64,000 nt of DNA, from the NCBI GenBank assembly GCA_025823825.1, contig GCA_025823825.1_4720.1; one strand, 5' to 3'. A program made the translations under genes and the position numbers. The stretch is from a phage. The notes under the pieces were generated by a model, which was given only the letters and a program-made list of their open reading frames with translations, did not search any database and was not told the origin of the DNA. Of the stretch, positions 28,066-39,233 are shown in pieces; the first letter of the stretch is position 1, and the number at the start of each line of letters is the position of its first letter.

Positions 28066-28671
28066 TTAACGACCCCGTTGCTGTTGTTGAATAATGAATT
28101 CTTCGATCTTCGTACCACGGAATTCGCTGTGACGAACCGCCTGAAGTTGCTCTTCAACGGTTGGGCCTGCATTGAGACCGCCGCGACGTGCGCGGTTGAT
28201 ACCGATTTTACGGCGCTGGCCGATTTCACGTAAACGTGAAGATAATCCGCTCATTTCGGTTGGGTCTTTAATGCGACCGCGTGCAACGTTCCACAGACCA
28301 CCCATGAACTCTTCGAGAATACGGCTGGCTTCGAGAGACGGTACGCGCGCGTTGGGATCGTTTTCAAGATTGTATTTAACGTATTCCGTGTGTTCCAGAA
28401 GAAGCATGAACATCTTCATGGCGTTCACGTCGGGATTTGCAATACGCATAGGAACACCACGAGAATGTTTTTCAGCAGCCTGCGGTACGGTAAGCTGTGC
28501 GGGCACCTCTTCGTTCATGGCCATATCGTCGATTTCTGCAACCCCTGAAGAGTAGACGCCGCTGACCTCATTGGTGTAATTGTCCACCATGAATTTACGG
28601 GGGATCCAGAATTCGAATTTACGTTCAAATAGACGTTTGGTTGGGGTATCTTTAACGTGTTGTAGACTCAT
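28066..28671 (-). CDS. hypothetical protein (201 aa)
   Basis: ORF with start overlapping stop of upstream gene. Confidence 0.65.
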   Translation of the reverse strand: MSLQHVKDTPTKRLFERKFEFWIPRKFMVDNYTNEVSGVYSSGVAEIDDMAMNEEVPAQLTVPQAAEKHSRGVPMRIANPDVNAMKMFMLLLEHTEYVKYNLENDPNARVPSLEASRILEEFMGGLWNVARGRIKDPTEMSGLSSRLREIGQRRKIGINRARRGGLNAGPTVEEQLQAVRHSEFRGTKIEEFIIQQQQRGR

Positions 28672-29984
28672 GGTTCAATAGCTCCTGCTCGTAACAGCAT
28701 AATAACGAACGGTGTGAAATAATAACGATCTAGCGGAGAAAGCAATGGTAATGCGTCAACCATCTGTTTCAGTGCTGGATGGCTGATCGCTTTCTCATCG
28801 ACCATATCACGTACCATACTCTCAATGATTGTCATTGGGGCTTGATTGCGATAGAAAGCCTCTGTGAAAACATAGTACGGATCGTCCGCTACTGATGGAA
28901 ATAACGGAACGCCGTCATACTCCATCGATGTAAGGTTGGTCACCAACGGATTTGTCGGTGGTGTGTTTTCAGGTACAGCCAACTCTTTACCTACGTCTTC
29001 ACCGAGCGACGTGGTCGCAGGCCACATACAGAATCGCGCCCCGCTAAAACGAATCCCACCTGCAGCCGGGTACTGATAGAAACGCTTTGTTGACAACAGT
29101 GTGAATTTCACCGTCAACCGCGCCTCGTCTTCCCGACGTCCGTCCATGACCCATTCAAAGACAGAAATTGCGTTCGCTTCCTGGTTGTCGTCTACGTTAA
29201 GGCGTCCGAAGTTCCATGATGGTTTTCCTTCAAGCGACGACCATAATTTCGTAAACGCATTAACACACCAGGGATCGTAGGTTGCCGCATCCTGACCAGG
29301 AACAAGTAGTGTGTTTAGTTCACGACTGTAGAATTCATGGTAATACGCATGACAAAGTCCCAGTGCACGACGGAGATAATCATACTTACGATTGTATTTC
29401 TCCGTTGCCATTACAGGATGTTTTCCGTGCTTTAACTGGTCTTGGTCGTATAGCGTATCCTCAACGATTTTCGCTTCCAGTTCGATAAGCTGTTTTTCGT
29501 CAAGAATACGTTGGAAGGAAATGTCGCATTCGTAAGCAGGTGCTAAGCTGATGTTCTTCGGCGTGATTCGGGTGATCGTGTACACCGCGATACGATGATC
29601 GAGACCGGAGATTAACAGCATGTTACCTAAAAGAGGAACCGATACCGCCGGAAGTATACACGTACCCTCGGATTGAAAACGTGCGGTCCCGTTGTCGTAC
29701 GACGGCGTCAATGACGACATTAACTTGATAGGGTAATGTCTGATACGGCGGTACTGCTGTTCAGCGATATCGCGGTTAGCTTGAAAACTGCTTTGTTCAT
29801 CGTCGCGACCGAGAATCTGTTCGTAATAATCGCATTCTACGGAATAACCGGATGCGTAATTCACCAGTCCGATTTGACTATTGTATTGCTCATCCACCAC
29901 CGCAGAACGATAAACATCGTCGCGAGCCTTCGCGGGTTGTTGGGGGTTGATGATGGGTTTCGCGGGCTTCTTAGCGAGCGCCAT
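28668..29984 (-). CDS. hypothetical protein (438 aa)
   Basis: Long ORF; 4-nt overlap with downstream gene. Confidence 0.75.
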   Translation of the reverse strand: MALAKKPAKPIINPQQPAKARDDVYRSAVVDEQYNSQIGLVNYASGYSVECDYYEQILGRDDEQSSFQANRDIAEQQYRRIRHYPIKLMSSLTPSYDNGTARFQSEGTCILPAVSVPLLGNMLLISGLDHRIAVYTITRITPKNISLAPAYECDISFQRILDEKQLIELEAKIVEDTLYDQDQLKHGKHPVMATEKYNRKYDYLRRALGLCHAYYHEFYSRELNTLLVPGQDAATYDPWCVNAFTKLWSSLEGKPSWNFGRLNVDDNQEANAISVFEWVMDGRREDEARLTVKFTLLSTKRFYQYPAAGGIRFSGARFCMWPATTSLGEDVGKELAVPENTPPTNPLVTNLTSMEYDGVPLFPSVADDPYYVFTEAFYRNQAPMTIIESMVRDMVDEKAISHPALKQMVDALPLLSPLDRYYFTPFVIMLLRAGAIEP

Positions 29985-31563
29985 AGCGTTTCACTCCTAC
30001 GATGGTACCGACAAGAATTCTCGGTACGAATAAACTACGATGTTTGAACCATGAAGCGGTTGTTGGGATACGTTTGATGGCTTCGATAAGCCCGATTAGC
30101 GTATAGCATCCCCGACTGTTCTTCTTAGGCCAGTACTTTTTATCTAAACCTAATACCGCAAACAGTTCATCCACCAGATTGGGATAACAACACAATGCTT
30201 CAAGTGTTTCAACCTGTAACTGACTTAAATCTAACAGTATCGCCAGACGAACGTGGTAATCACTCCGTAGGTCTAATGGATCTTTCGCTTCAAGATCACC
30301 AACGTCGGTTAATGTCCACGCGTCTCTTGCGTAGCGGTATTTGCCCTTCCAAACCTCAAGGAAAAAAGGAGACTGGTAATGACATTTTGACCATTCCGGG
30401 TACTCACGGAACCACCGAACAAGATCGGGATGGAATTCACCTTCTTCGGCTAACGAGTCCAACGTCACCAACAGGTTAGGTTGTTCAGGATCGATGGCAA
30501 GCAGCGCGGTGAAAAGCGTGCTTGATGGAAGTTCGGTTTCCACACTTGATGGCGGTAGCCATTCATCCAAATCAGGATACCGATACGCTTGAATTGATGC
30601 ACCCTGTTCAGGCAAGAACGAATCACGAAGAATGTCCTGATACTGCACCACCATACCACCACGACGCGCACGGGATTTATCACGCACCGAAAGGCTCGGT
30701 TTGTAAAGGTACTCTTCGGGGAGTATCTGTTGGTGTACTTGAACAGGATACCGTGCTACGATATGTGTTGGTGTGTCGTATGTGTATCGGTAAGAGAAGG
30801 TTGCGTTGTACGAAGAACTGTTCTCATTCTTCTCGGGTTTCGGAGCGTCGGTGAAATCAAATTGACCAGAGATCTCTTCTTGCATTTCCCTGATAACCAA
30901 TTTAACGCTCTTACCGTCACCGGCAACTGTCGTCATGGTGGTTGCACGGTTGTCGAACCCGTCTCTAAGGTATTCGCTGAACTTATCCCCGTAACCCGCT
31001 ATTGCTTCTCGGTGTGTATGAATAACTTTTAACAACATGAGAAACTGTGTAGGGATCGCATAGCTGTATTCAGCACTAAGAAAGGCGGCGACATGCTGAC
31101 TTGTCAGCAAACGTTTCATGTCGTACCACCAACGTTCGGCAGTGACCTGATCTTCGAACCGTTTGGTGATCTGCATGGTTGCAACCATCGTACTGTAAAC
31201 AGGTACTAACGATACGCCAAGGTTACGGTCTTCAAATACGGGAAGACTGTTTCGTTTGTAAACGGTATCGTACATAGAGGCTTGTTCTTCGGGGACAATA
31301 TTAAGCTCAATTTGGATAAACCCATCAGCAGGCCCTTTTACATCCTGATCAACAACTTGCGGTGGTTGCTCGTTCGCAGCGCTCATTTTAGCGTGAAGCG
31401 CTTCCCCTCGAAAAAGAATGTTCTCCCGATTATAATCCCACCCGCAAAGCTCGCTGATCTGCCGTAACACCGCGATTGCAACCGGACGTGTTACCGTCGC
31501 GTATACGTCATTGATTTTTCGATCAAGTTTAGGCATCGGTGTCGTCCTCGCTAATTTCCTCAC
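29971..31563 (-). CDS. hypothetical protein (530 aa)
   Basis: Long ORF; overlaps neighbours at both ends. Confidence 0.75.
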   Translation of the reverse strand: MRKLARTTPMPKLDRKINDVYATVTRPVAIAVLRQISELCGWDYNRENILFRGEALHAKMSAANEQPPQVVDQDVKGPADGFIQIELNIVPEEQASMYDTVYKRNSLPVFEDRNLGVSLVPVYSTMVATMQITKRFEDQVTAERWWYDMKRLLTSQHVAAFLSAEYSYAIPTQFLMLLKVIHTHREAIAGYGDKFSEYLRDGFDNRATTMTTVAGDGKSVKLVIREMQEEISGQFDFTDAPKPEKNENSSSYNATFSYRYTYDTPTHIVARYPVQVHQQILPEEYLYKPSLSVRDKSRARRGGMVVQYQDILRDSFLPEQGASIQAYRYPDLDEWLPPSSVETELPSSTLFTALLAIDPEQPNLLVTLDSLAEEGEFHPDLVRWFREYPEWSKCHYQSPFFLEVWKGKYRYARDAWTLTDVGDLEAKDPLDLRSDYHVRLAILLDLSQLQVETLEALCCYPNLVDELFAVLGLDKKYWPKKNSRGCYTLIGLIEAIKRIPTTASWFKHRSLFVPRILVGTIVGVKRYGAR

Positions 31564-31912
31564 CTCCTTGTTGTCGATATCCGGTATAATGAATCAGACT
31601 GCTCTGTAGAAGCTCTTTAACGAGCCCTAGACGCGTTTTATCTGTTTCATTGGACGTTTCCATTAATGTTTCTATTTCGTTGTTTAAAACAGCGTATAGC
31701 GCTTCTAACGGCAATCCTTGGATGATTGGTTTGATGGTACCTTCCGGTAGTGCCGCAACAGGAATCTGCACGACGGTTTCGTGTGCGGTATGTGGGTTAA
31801 TACGGCAAATATACATACCGGGTACTGAATGTCGCGGGCACGCCGCTACCAAGCATGTCTGTTGCTGCGCACCGTTAAGTGCGAGTGAAAGAAATTTTGC
31901 TTCACGTGTCAT
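31529..31912 (-). CDS. small hypothetical protein (127 aa)
   Basis: ORF starting about 47 nt downstream of a hairpin element. Confidence 0.55.
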   Translation of the reverse strand: MTREAKFLSLALNGAQQQTCLVAACPRHSVPGMYICRINPHTAHETVVQIPVAALPEGTIKPIIQGLPLEALYAVLNNEIETLMETSNETDKTRLGLVKELLQSSLIHYTGYRQQGGEEISEDDTDA

Positions 31913-31958
31913 CGCAGATTCCTGTTTGAAAGATAAGATATCACATGATGGTCGACAG

Positions 31959-31992
31959 CATAAAGCCCACCCCGAAGGGCGGGCTGTTTATG
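31959..31992. terminator. hairpin element, copy 6 (shorter variant)
   Basis: cata-aAGCCCaCCCC-gaag-GGGCGGGCT-gtttatg. Confidence 0.5.
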
Positions 31993-32000
31993 CGTACGGA

Positions 32001-35000
32001 TTACTTGTAGGCACCGCAATGGGCTTTGATGAGGAAAAGCACCGCTTGCATCGGTTTATTGAACTGTTGCCATAACGTCAATGCCGGATGGAACAGCCAA
32101 TCTTCCAGGCCGAGAACAATACCGTAGTTAACGACATTATTAACATCGTTCTCAACGTTGAGTTCGCTGTCCAGGAATTTATCGATTGAACGCAGGGTCT
32201 GCATGGCGTTGTCAGCAATAAGCCAAGCTTCATGCGCTTCACGAGCCGCACGCAGCACTGCCTCCAGTTCGCTGATAGTAGCTACCGGTAATTCCTCGCT
32301 GGTGAGGTCGTCAGAAACCGTAAACTGGCGATTGATACCGGTGTAGATCCACTGCATCAGTTTCGCTGCTTCCTCGTTCGGGTTGTTACGCGTTGTCGCA
32401 TAAGTCGCGCTCACCTTCACGATGTGTGTTTCACCAAGATACGCTTTGGAACCAATGCCTTTACGATCGCTGTCTTTCCACGGTTGTACGGTAGCGACCA
32501 TGAGCTTATCCCATTTCTGAATAGGAATACGCTTCAGACCAACAACCGATCCGGCGGATGTTTCGGACTGGTTGCTCTTCCGCACGTCGCTGAGTTCACG
32601 ATCGATAGCAACGATTAATTCACGCGTCATGTTACCAAGCATTTTGATTTCACCCAACGCAGCGATGAGCTTCTTCACATCGGTAACAGGTTCACCATCG
32701 ATGGTAAGATGACGGATGAAACGTTTCAGAATAATCCGTTCTGCTGCTGGGTTACCGCGACGCGCTTTAGCCAATGCTTGCTGCGTTTCGGCGAACAGCT
32801 TATCCCATGGAGCCGTAGCGGCGGTATAGTAACGGTGGTTGGTTTCAATCCAGTTACCGATACGGTTGACCGCGCTCTTAACGGTATCCATGAATCCTTC
32901 CATCGCAATTTCGGTAGCTTCGACGTTACCCTGGAAGTTATCAGGACCGATCTCACGTGCCGCTACCAGAATACCTTCCACCGCGCTCACCGCATGACGA
33001 CCGATAGCCAGATTTCGCTGTGCTTCTTCAGCACGCTCAACGAATTCCACTACCGCAGGATCGTCGACGATTTCCGCCTCGGCAACAACACGAGTACCTG
33101 CATCGCCTTCCAGTGTTTCGATGGTGACAACCGGATCGTTTTCACCAGCAACATCCTGATACTCTTCCTGTTTGAGATCGCCATCATCGGCCGCTGCAAC
33201 AGCGGTGAGTATACGAACGGTAACATCGCCGAGTTCTTTTGCAGCGAATCCGTAAACAGTGCATGCGGTCGTTGCAAAGTTCATCAGAGTACGTGTGCGC
33301 TGCGTGACGTAGCGTGCGCCTGATTCGTTTTCCACTTTGTCTAGATCGCGGAGTAACTGCTCGGCCGTCTCCTGAAGTTGAGTAGCTGCTTTCAGGAGGT
33401 CTTCGTCAAACAGTTTCGTTGACGCATCGATCAGCATTTCAACGCTAACGTTGGACGGTACAGCATCATCCTGCTGTTTCATGGCGCTAAGTTCGTCACG
33501 GAACTCACGAATGCCGTTTAACGCATCGTCGATGGAATATCCGAACGCTTTCACGCCTGCCATTCCAAGAGCGGCTTTCATTTCACCTGGATGCTGAACT
33601 TGCTCGCCTTCCTTGCTGTTCTTTAACTCATCGAAATATTTCTTCGACGCGTCCGCAATACGTTTACTGTCTTTAACCGCATTTACGATCTTATCGACAG
33701 ATTTCGAGTCGTTTGCGAGCAGGGTATCCAGTTTATTCCACTCAACGTCAACCTTCTTGGTGTCGCTCGGCGGAGGAAGCAGTTTCATCACTGGTGCTGT
33801 GCGTTGTTCTTTGGTCAGCTTGTTGGCCTTCTCTTCGATTTTTTTCTTATTAACACCAAAGAGATTTTTCAAACGCGCCACGAGGGCTTTTAAGAACTTC
33901 GCGACCGCTTCGTAAACCGACTTCAGAATCTGTTTAAAGCGACCCGGCTGCTTTTCCCCGTCTTCCAGATTGAGATCGCTGTTCAGTGCGACATCAAGCT
34001 GTTTGTACGATTCCATGATGTATTCGTCTTTGATTTCAGGACGAATCTCGAAGCTTTCCATCGGACCTTCAGCCGGACGGAATTCCATTTTCAGTTCGCC
34101 TTGCAGGGTAGGGTCGACAATGGCGATCGCTTCACCCTGACCATCAGCGTTAAAGCGTTCAGCGTAACGAGTACGGCGAACAATAACACTCTTATCCCCA
34201 TCAAGACGACGTACTACCATGGTGCCAGGAATGTACGGTTGTTCTGTTTCAATGACGGTTACATCTGTTTCACCCTCACCGAGAATAACAGATGCACGCT
34301 GTTCAACAACAGGAACATCTAATACACCACGGGCTTCCAGCTCTTGATGAATTTCGAACGACTCTTGTTTCAGATCTTCATCTTCTTCGTTTTCGTCGCC
34401 TTCATCATCGTCACCTTTGGTGTTTTCATCACCCTTGGTGGTTGTGTCGTCGGTGGCACCAGCGTCAGCGTCGGTGTTAGCAGGTTCTTCGGACGCAGGT
34501 TCGGTGGTGTTGTCCTCCGTGGACGACCCGTCAATGTTATCGACATCAACATCACCTTGCAGTTCTGTTTCCTGAGCAACTGCTTCGGCTTTCTGCTCGC
34601 CGGTATTACCATCATTAGCGTCGACAACAGGTTGTTCGTCAGCGACGGTATCTTCAACCTTTTCTACTTTCTCTACGACATGTTTAATCACGGTGACTTT
34701 GATGGGTTCTTCCGTTGTTTTGGTTTCTGGCGTCACCTCGGCTGCCGCAGCAGCTGTTTCAGCAACAGGTTCTGCTTTTTCCGGTTCGACGACATTACCT
34801 TTAACGCCTTCGGTGGTTTCTGCAGGTTGCGCCGTCTGTTCGATTTGTGCCGGATTGGTCGGATCGATGGCGTTAGCCGCATCCTGAATCTTGTTCTTCA
34901 GGTTGTCACGGTCAGCGTTAACGGTCGGGTCATTGGTTACTTTCGGTGCCGGGGTTTCGGTCGGCGCGTTTGCTGGATATGGGTTCTTCGGCTCTTCGCC

Positions 35001-35378
35001 AGGTGCGGTTGGTACCGCGATCAGAACGAACGGTTGAACGTCGTTACCGTCTTCCATGGTTACGCCGCCGTTACTTGGCGTGAAACGAATTCGCAAACTA
35101 CCATCAATAGGACGGGTCACAATAACAGCGCGTACGACATCTTCACCGTTCTCATCCGTGCTACGAATCACACGAACGGCGTCATCAACAGTAGCCCCTT
35201 CCTCGAGCGTATCTGATTCGATCGTCGCTTCGATGCTGTCTGGCCGTGCCGCTGTAGGTAATGCGATCACCTGCTCTTCTTTATCAGTAGAAAGCGTCGC
35301 TTTGACTTCGATCGGTGTATCGCCGCTTTCCAGGTTAAGATGCGACTTACGCATCAGATCAGCTAACGATTTTTTCAT
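32001..35378 (-). CDS. large virion/head-type protein (1125 aa), paralog family D, acidic low-complexity N-terminal half
   Basis: Long ORF; central region (...SYKQLDVALN...KQILKSVYEAVAKFLKALVARLKNLF...) resembles other family D members. Confidence 0.8.
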   Translation of the reverse strand: MKKSLADLMRKSHLNLESGDTPIEVKATLSTDKEEQVIALPTAARPDSIEATIESDTLEEGATVDDAVRVIRSTDENGEDVVRAVIVTRPIDGSLRIRFTPSNGGVTMEDGNDVQPFVLIAVPTAPGEEPKNPYPANAPTETPAPKVTNDPTVNADRDNLKNKIQDAANAIDPTNPAQIEQTAQPAETTEGVKGNVVEPEKAEPVAETAAAAAEVTPETKTTEEPIKVTVIKHVVEKVEKVEDTVADEQPVVDANDGNTGEQKAEAVAQETELQGDVDVDNIDGSSTEDNTTEPASEEPANTDADAGATDDTTTKGDENTKGDDDEGDENEEDEDLKQESFEIHQELEARGVLDVPVVEQRASVILGEGETDVTVIETEQPYIPGTMVVRRLDGDKSVIVRRTRYAERFNADGQGEAIAIVDPTLQGELKMEFRPAEGPMESFEIRPEIKDEYIMESYKQLDVALNSDLNLEDGEKQPGRFKQILKSVYEAVAKFLKALVARLKNLFGVNKKKIEEKANKLTKEQRTAPVMKLLPPPSDTKKVDVEWNKLDTLLANDSKSVDKIVNAVKDSKRIADASKKYFDELKNSKEGEQVQHPGEMKAALGMAGVKAFGYSIDDALNGIREFRDELSAMKQQDDAVPSNVSVEMLIDASTKLFDEDLLKAATQLQETAEQLLRDLDKVENESGARYVTQRTRTLMNFATTACTVYGFAAKELGDVTVRILTAVAAADDGDLKQEEYQDVAGENDPVVTIETLEGDAGTRVVAEAEIVDDPAVVEFVERAEEAQRNLAIGRHAVSAVEGILVAAREIGPDNFQGNVEATEIAMEGFMDTVKSAVNRIGNWIETNHRYYTAATAPWDKLFAETQQALAKARRGNPAAERIILKRFIRHLTIDGEPVTDVKKLIAALGEIKMLGNMTRELIVAIDRELSDVRKSNQSETSAGSVVGLKRIPIQKWDKLMVATVQPWKDSDRKGIGSKAYLGETHIVKVSATYATTRNNPNEEAAKLMQWIYTGINRQFTVSDDLTSEELPVATISELEAVLRAAREAHEAWLIADNAMQTLRSIDKFLDSELNVENDVNNVVNYGIVLGLEDWLFHPALTLWQQFNKPMQAVLFLIKAHCGAYK

Positions 35379-35393
35379 AAAGCGTTATTCCTC

Positions 35394-36542
35394 TTAAAAG
35401 TAATATTTCAGCGCCTCGCGAGAGACATCAAGCATAGCCGCTGTTGAATTCGTAAAGAACTCGGCATAGCCCACAAGCGGCACCTTGATCCACGCGGTAT
35501 ACGCTGTAAGGTATCGAGAAAGGGCTACCATAGCATCATCAGAAGCAGTAGTAACTGACAACTGACCTTGTTGACGATAAACGTCGTTAAGTTTTGCTTG
35601 TAGATTCCCTGCGATTTCGAGTAACTCGTTGGCGTACTTTTTACGATGGTAACTAACCAGCAAATCAACACCCGTATTTACAGACTCGAGTAGCACACCA
35701 ACTTGTTCTAATGTTGGCGTTGTAACCACCATATCCAGTTCAACGGACGGTACATCCTGGACTTCAAACCGTGCAGATTGAATAGCGAGGGACTGTTGAA
35801 TTGAACCAGAACCTGAGGCGGTAACCTGATCGAGTCGTAGCGTACGGTTGCCCAGTAACGTTACGTTGACGAGTTTCGATTCGTTCAGCGTACTGTAGAC
35901 TTTATGCAATAACGTATACGCATCACGGTTAATCACATCGATTAATGCGGTATCCGTCTGTTTTAAGATAATGTCGAGCGCTCTATCTAACGTATTAGCG
36001 AACTGCTTGAAGTCATCACGGAACGACGAAGACAAGAGATATTCAGCGATTGCTAAATTCTGCTTGTATAACGTATTCCCGGTTGTGAAATCGAACCCAA
36101 AACTGTTCCCATACCGTAGGTGCGGAGCCAACGTCGACGAAGCTTCGAAGCTTTGCGCGATGGGTTTCCGACCAACGGCTTTTGTGTAATGACGGCGGAT
36201 GTTGCTGAGTTCGAGTTGTAGTGCGCGACTACGATCGATAAACCGTGCGATAAACGCGGTAATGTTCCGCAACGTTGTCCAGATCGCATCGATGATGGCT
36301 TTGATGATTTTCATCGCAAGCTGATTGTACGATTCCATCGTGAGGAGATCAGCACTTTCTGTGGTATAACCGGTTGCCGGAATACCGCCTGCTTGCTGAT
36401 AAATAAGCTGGTGAATTTGTCGTTGCGTTGCTGTCTCTGGCACAGGTAATGTTTTTAACAAGCTTAACGCTTGAATCTGTCCGTCATAGGTCTGCAGCAT
36501 TGCTGGTTTCCTCAAGTTCGAGATGCGCGTCAAGATAATCAT
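35394..36542 (-). CDS. virion/head-type protein, paralog family D (~370 aa)
   Basis: ORF; likely start at the second Met (about 36500); central helical region similar to family D. Confidence 0.7.
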   Translation of the reverse strand: MIILTRISNLRKPAMLQTYDGQIQALSLLKTLPVPETATQRQIHQLIYQQAGGIPATGYTTESADLLTMESYNQLAMKIIKAIIDAIWTTLRNITAFIARFIDRSRALQLELSNIRRHYTKAVGRKPIAQSFEASSTLAPHLRYGNSFGFDFTTGNTLYKQNLAIAEYLLSSSFRDDFKQFANTLDRALDIILKQTDTALIDVINRDAYTLLHKVYSTLNESKLVNVTLLGNRTLRLDQVTASGSGSIQQSLAIQSARFEVQDVPSVELDMVVTTPTLEQVGVLLESVNTGVDLLVSYHRKKYANELLEIAGNLQAKLNDVYRQQGQLSVTTASDDAMVALSRYLTAYTAWIKVPLVGYAEFFTNSTAAMLDVSREALKYYF

Positions 36543-37785
36543 TAAGACCGTCGATGACGTCGCAGACAGTTAACAGGAATCGGGCAAAAGCAACCGCCTG
36601 GAAGCCGACGACGTTACGCGCGATACCCACACGTTGAACGATAGCGGATGCGGTGGTATCGTCGTTGTCCATCTGTTGTAGCAAACGCTCGTAAGGTTGA
36701 ATCCATTCGTCCTGGTCGGCAAGGCTTGCTTCAAGACAACGTTTAAATTCCAACTGTCGTAGCGTAGACCATAACGTACTTAATGCGTTGATGATCGCGT
36801 TGGTTCCGTCGATAACATCGTTTAACGGTAAGAAACGGAATCCGTCTTTTGCTGATTGGAAAGATACGGCTTCCCACACAACACTGAACTGCGTTCCTGA
36901 TGCGTCTTCGATGTTGTGTAATTTAAGGTAGGAAGCACCAACAGGAACGTCAACGGCCAGATCGTCTGTTCCGGTAGGTGTTAACGGCTTCTCGCATAAC
37001 GCCTCGTTGATGGCCTCGAGAATATTCTCCCAATAGGCTTCGTTTTCCGCAGCGATACCTTCTTTGTTATCCGCTGATGGTGCTTTTAGTAGCTGCATTA
37101 ATAACGGATCAAGTTGACGGTGCCATGCTGCGAGGATTCCTGTGTTCGTTACGATGTTTTCTGCGGTTTGTCGTAAATCAGCAATACTGCTTACCGCACC
37201 GCCTTTCGGATGGAGATATCGCCAGTTGTAGGGAAAGTTCTCCCAGAATGCGTTATCTTCATCGACGTCGTATTCGGAAATATTTTTCAACGCAGCCGCT
37301 TTCTTTAATAACGGCTTCACCTGACGAACGAATCGACGATAACAACGATTACAGGTATCGATCGCGTAGCGGTATAACTCGTTCATGTAAAGCCATAACG
37401 CTCGGGTTGCTTCTTTTGCGGTCTTGTCAAAACTTTCCATGTTCAGACTCATCCCGCTGGAAGTTTCCTCTTCCAGACCCTCGATGATGTGGTTTGGATC
37501 CATCCCCATCCCGGCTGCTGCGGTCGATGCGATATGTTTGATGGTGTTGATATCGCGTTCCTCGACTTCAGCCATGTTTGGGATAATGTCCAGTCTGAGT
37601 TTATTTAATGTTTGAAGGTGTTGTTCACCTTCTTTCATCACCGTGTTTGTTTCGTCGATTGAGTGAAACTGATTCTCAATATTACCGGCATCGAGAATGT
37701 TGCCAGCGATACCGAACGATTCTACAGGTTCATCATCAATCCCTTGAAACAACGATGTCATGGGTTGTTGTAACACGTTTTCCAT
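36484..37785 (-). CDS. virion/head-type protein, paralog family D (433 aa)
   Basis: ORF; INTIKHIASTAAAGMGMD... and downstream helical segment align with 37935-39224 and 39234-40574. Confidence 0.75.
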   Translation of the reverse strand: MENVLQQPMTSLFQGIDDEPVESFGIAGNILDAGNIENQFHSIDETNTVMKEGEQHLQTLNKLRLDIIPNMAEVEERDINTIKHIASTAAAGMGMDPNHIIEGLEEETSSGMSLNMESFDKTAKEATRALWLYMNELYRYAIDTCNRCYRRFVRQVKPLLKKAAALKNISEYDVDEDNAFWENFPYNWRYLHPKGGAVSSIADLRQTAENIVTNTGILAAWHRQLDPLLMQLLKAPSADNKEGIAAENEAYWENILEAINEALCEKPLTPTGTDDLAVDVPVGASYLKLHNIEDASGTQFSVVWEAVSFQSAKDGFRFLPLNDVIDGTNAIINALSTLWSTLRQLEFKRCLEASLADQDEWIQPYERLLQQMDNDDTTASAIVQRVGIARNVVGFQAVAFARFLLTVCDVIDGLNDYLDAHLELEETSNAADL

Positions 37786-37885
37786 TTGGGACTCCTACGT
37801 AGGAAAATCTTGGCGGGTGATCATGTCCGCCATTTACCTTCTGAACCGTTGATTCAGAAGTCAAAAGATAACCGGATACCAATGC

Positions 37886-37939
37886 CATAAAACCTTCCTC
37901 CAACCCAACAGGGAAGGAGGAAGGGATATAGTGGTTATG
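37886..37939. terminator. hairpin element, copy 7 (tandem minus-strand genes)
   Basis: cata-aaaCCTTCCTCC-aaccc-aaca-gggaa-GGAGGAAGG-gatatagtggttatg. Confidence 0.6.
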
Positions 37940-39224
37940 CTTTTTCGGTCGCTGCGTTGAAGTATTTCGCTGCAGCAAATACAGCATCCGCATATTGGCG
38001 TATCGAAGCGCGAAGAATCTTGGTTGACAATACCGTACTTAAACGTGCCATTTCAGAAACCGCGCCTACATAAGGACGGATGGTTTCACGATCGGCTTCA
38101 GGCAGCTTGTCAAGCATGTCGCCCCACTTCGTTTTGATTTTCATACCGTTGAGTTTAGCGGTACGCTCCACAGAACCAGCCAAAGCTTCAACCATGTGGA
38201 AATAAGAGGGGTCGATCGTACGGAACACGTTAAGATAGGAAGTCAACGCACCTTTCAGTTCGTTATCGTCTTTGAAAATGTTTGCGTTCTCTATCTCACC
38301 GGTCACCGTCGTCTCGGCTTCAACCCGAATATTTTTCACCAACGTATAGGCTTTAATCGCGTCACGTTCGTTTTCGACGGCGTCGAGACCTTGAATAACG
38401 AAACGTTTCCCACCACTTTCTGGAAAAACAACTTTATTCAGAGCGGATTTGATAGCCAGCAGGTATTTGTCTAAGATAGACGGAAGCAGAGTTAGGTCGG
38501 TGAGGTCTGCGACCTTTTTATTGATATCGGCTACTTGCTTAAACAATGAATCCATCCCGCTTGCGCTTGCAGCGAGTTGTTCGATATGCTTGCTTGCAAA
38601 CATGGCATTCGCTGATTTCGCATTAGGGAACATATTGACCATATTTTCAGTGGGCTTATCCAGTTGTTTGATATGGCGTTCACCTTTATTCACGGCGGTT
38701 GCGATGCCGACAATTTTGTTGTATGCGACGACCAGGTTCTTGAACAGCATCTGGAGCAGTTTGAACAGTTGTTCAGCGATATTTGCAATGATTACCCAGA
38801 CGGCATATAACGCTTGCGCTGCGCGCTCTTTAAAGCCTTCCAGTACAATAGCTTGCCCTTCCACCAAACGATCGTCAGCTTGGAACATGTCTTCATCAGA
38901 CATCCCCAGGTTTGCTGCTGATGTCGAAGCAATCTGACGGATAAAGGCGACGTCGCTTGCACGTGCTTCAGGGATCGTGGGTGCGATCATATACGCTGTA
39001 TCTTCCAGTGTCGCTGATGTACGCACTGCAATCTCAGCCAGTTCGCTGGATTCATCGATTGCCTCGTCGGTACGTTGAATTACCAACTCAACTTCACCCT
39101 CTTCAATTTCTGCGTTAGGATCGTTCTGCTCCGCCGGAATCGTTGCGAGGAGATCTTCAGCACTCAGTAGAGAGAGTTCGAATGCGTTTTTATTGACGTT
39201 GTCAAAAAGAGAAATGCGGGCCAT
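37935..39224 (-). CDS. virion/head-type protein, paralog family D (429 aa)
   Basis: ORF; SDVAFIRQIASTSAANLGMS...VEGQAIVLEGFKERAAQALYAVW aligns with 39234-40574. Confidence 0.75.
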   Translation of the reverse strand: MARISLFDNVNKNAFELSLLSAEDLLATIPAEQNDPNAEIEEGEVELVIQRTDEAIDESSELAEIAVRTSATLEDTAYMIAPTIPEARASDVAFIRQIASTSAANLGMSDEDMFQADDRLVEGQAIVLEGFKERAAQALYAVWVIIANIAEQLFKLLQMLFKNLVVAYNKIVGIATAVNKGERHIKQLDKPTENMVNMFPNAKSANAMFASKHIEQLAASASGMDSLFKQVADINKKVADLTDLTLLPSILDKYLLAIKSALNKVVFPESGGKRFVIQGLDAVENERDAIKAYTLVKNIRVEAETTVTGEIENANIFKDDNELKGALTSYLNVFRTIDPSYFHMVEALAGSVERTAKLNGMKIKTKWGDMLDKLPEADRETIRPYVGAVSEMARLSTVLSTKILRASIRQYADAVFAAAKYFNAATEKA

Positions 39225-39233
39225 GTTAGTTCC

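Noticed and set aside
34344-35216. 290-aa plus-strand ORF, along with 12014-12853, 13166-13897, 41478-42032 and other long opposite-strand ORFs
   Set aside because: All lie wholly inside longer minus-strand genes with coherent protein-like composition; their translations are Cys/Arg/Phe-rich or repetitive and lack start contexts.
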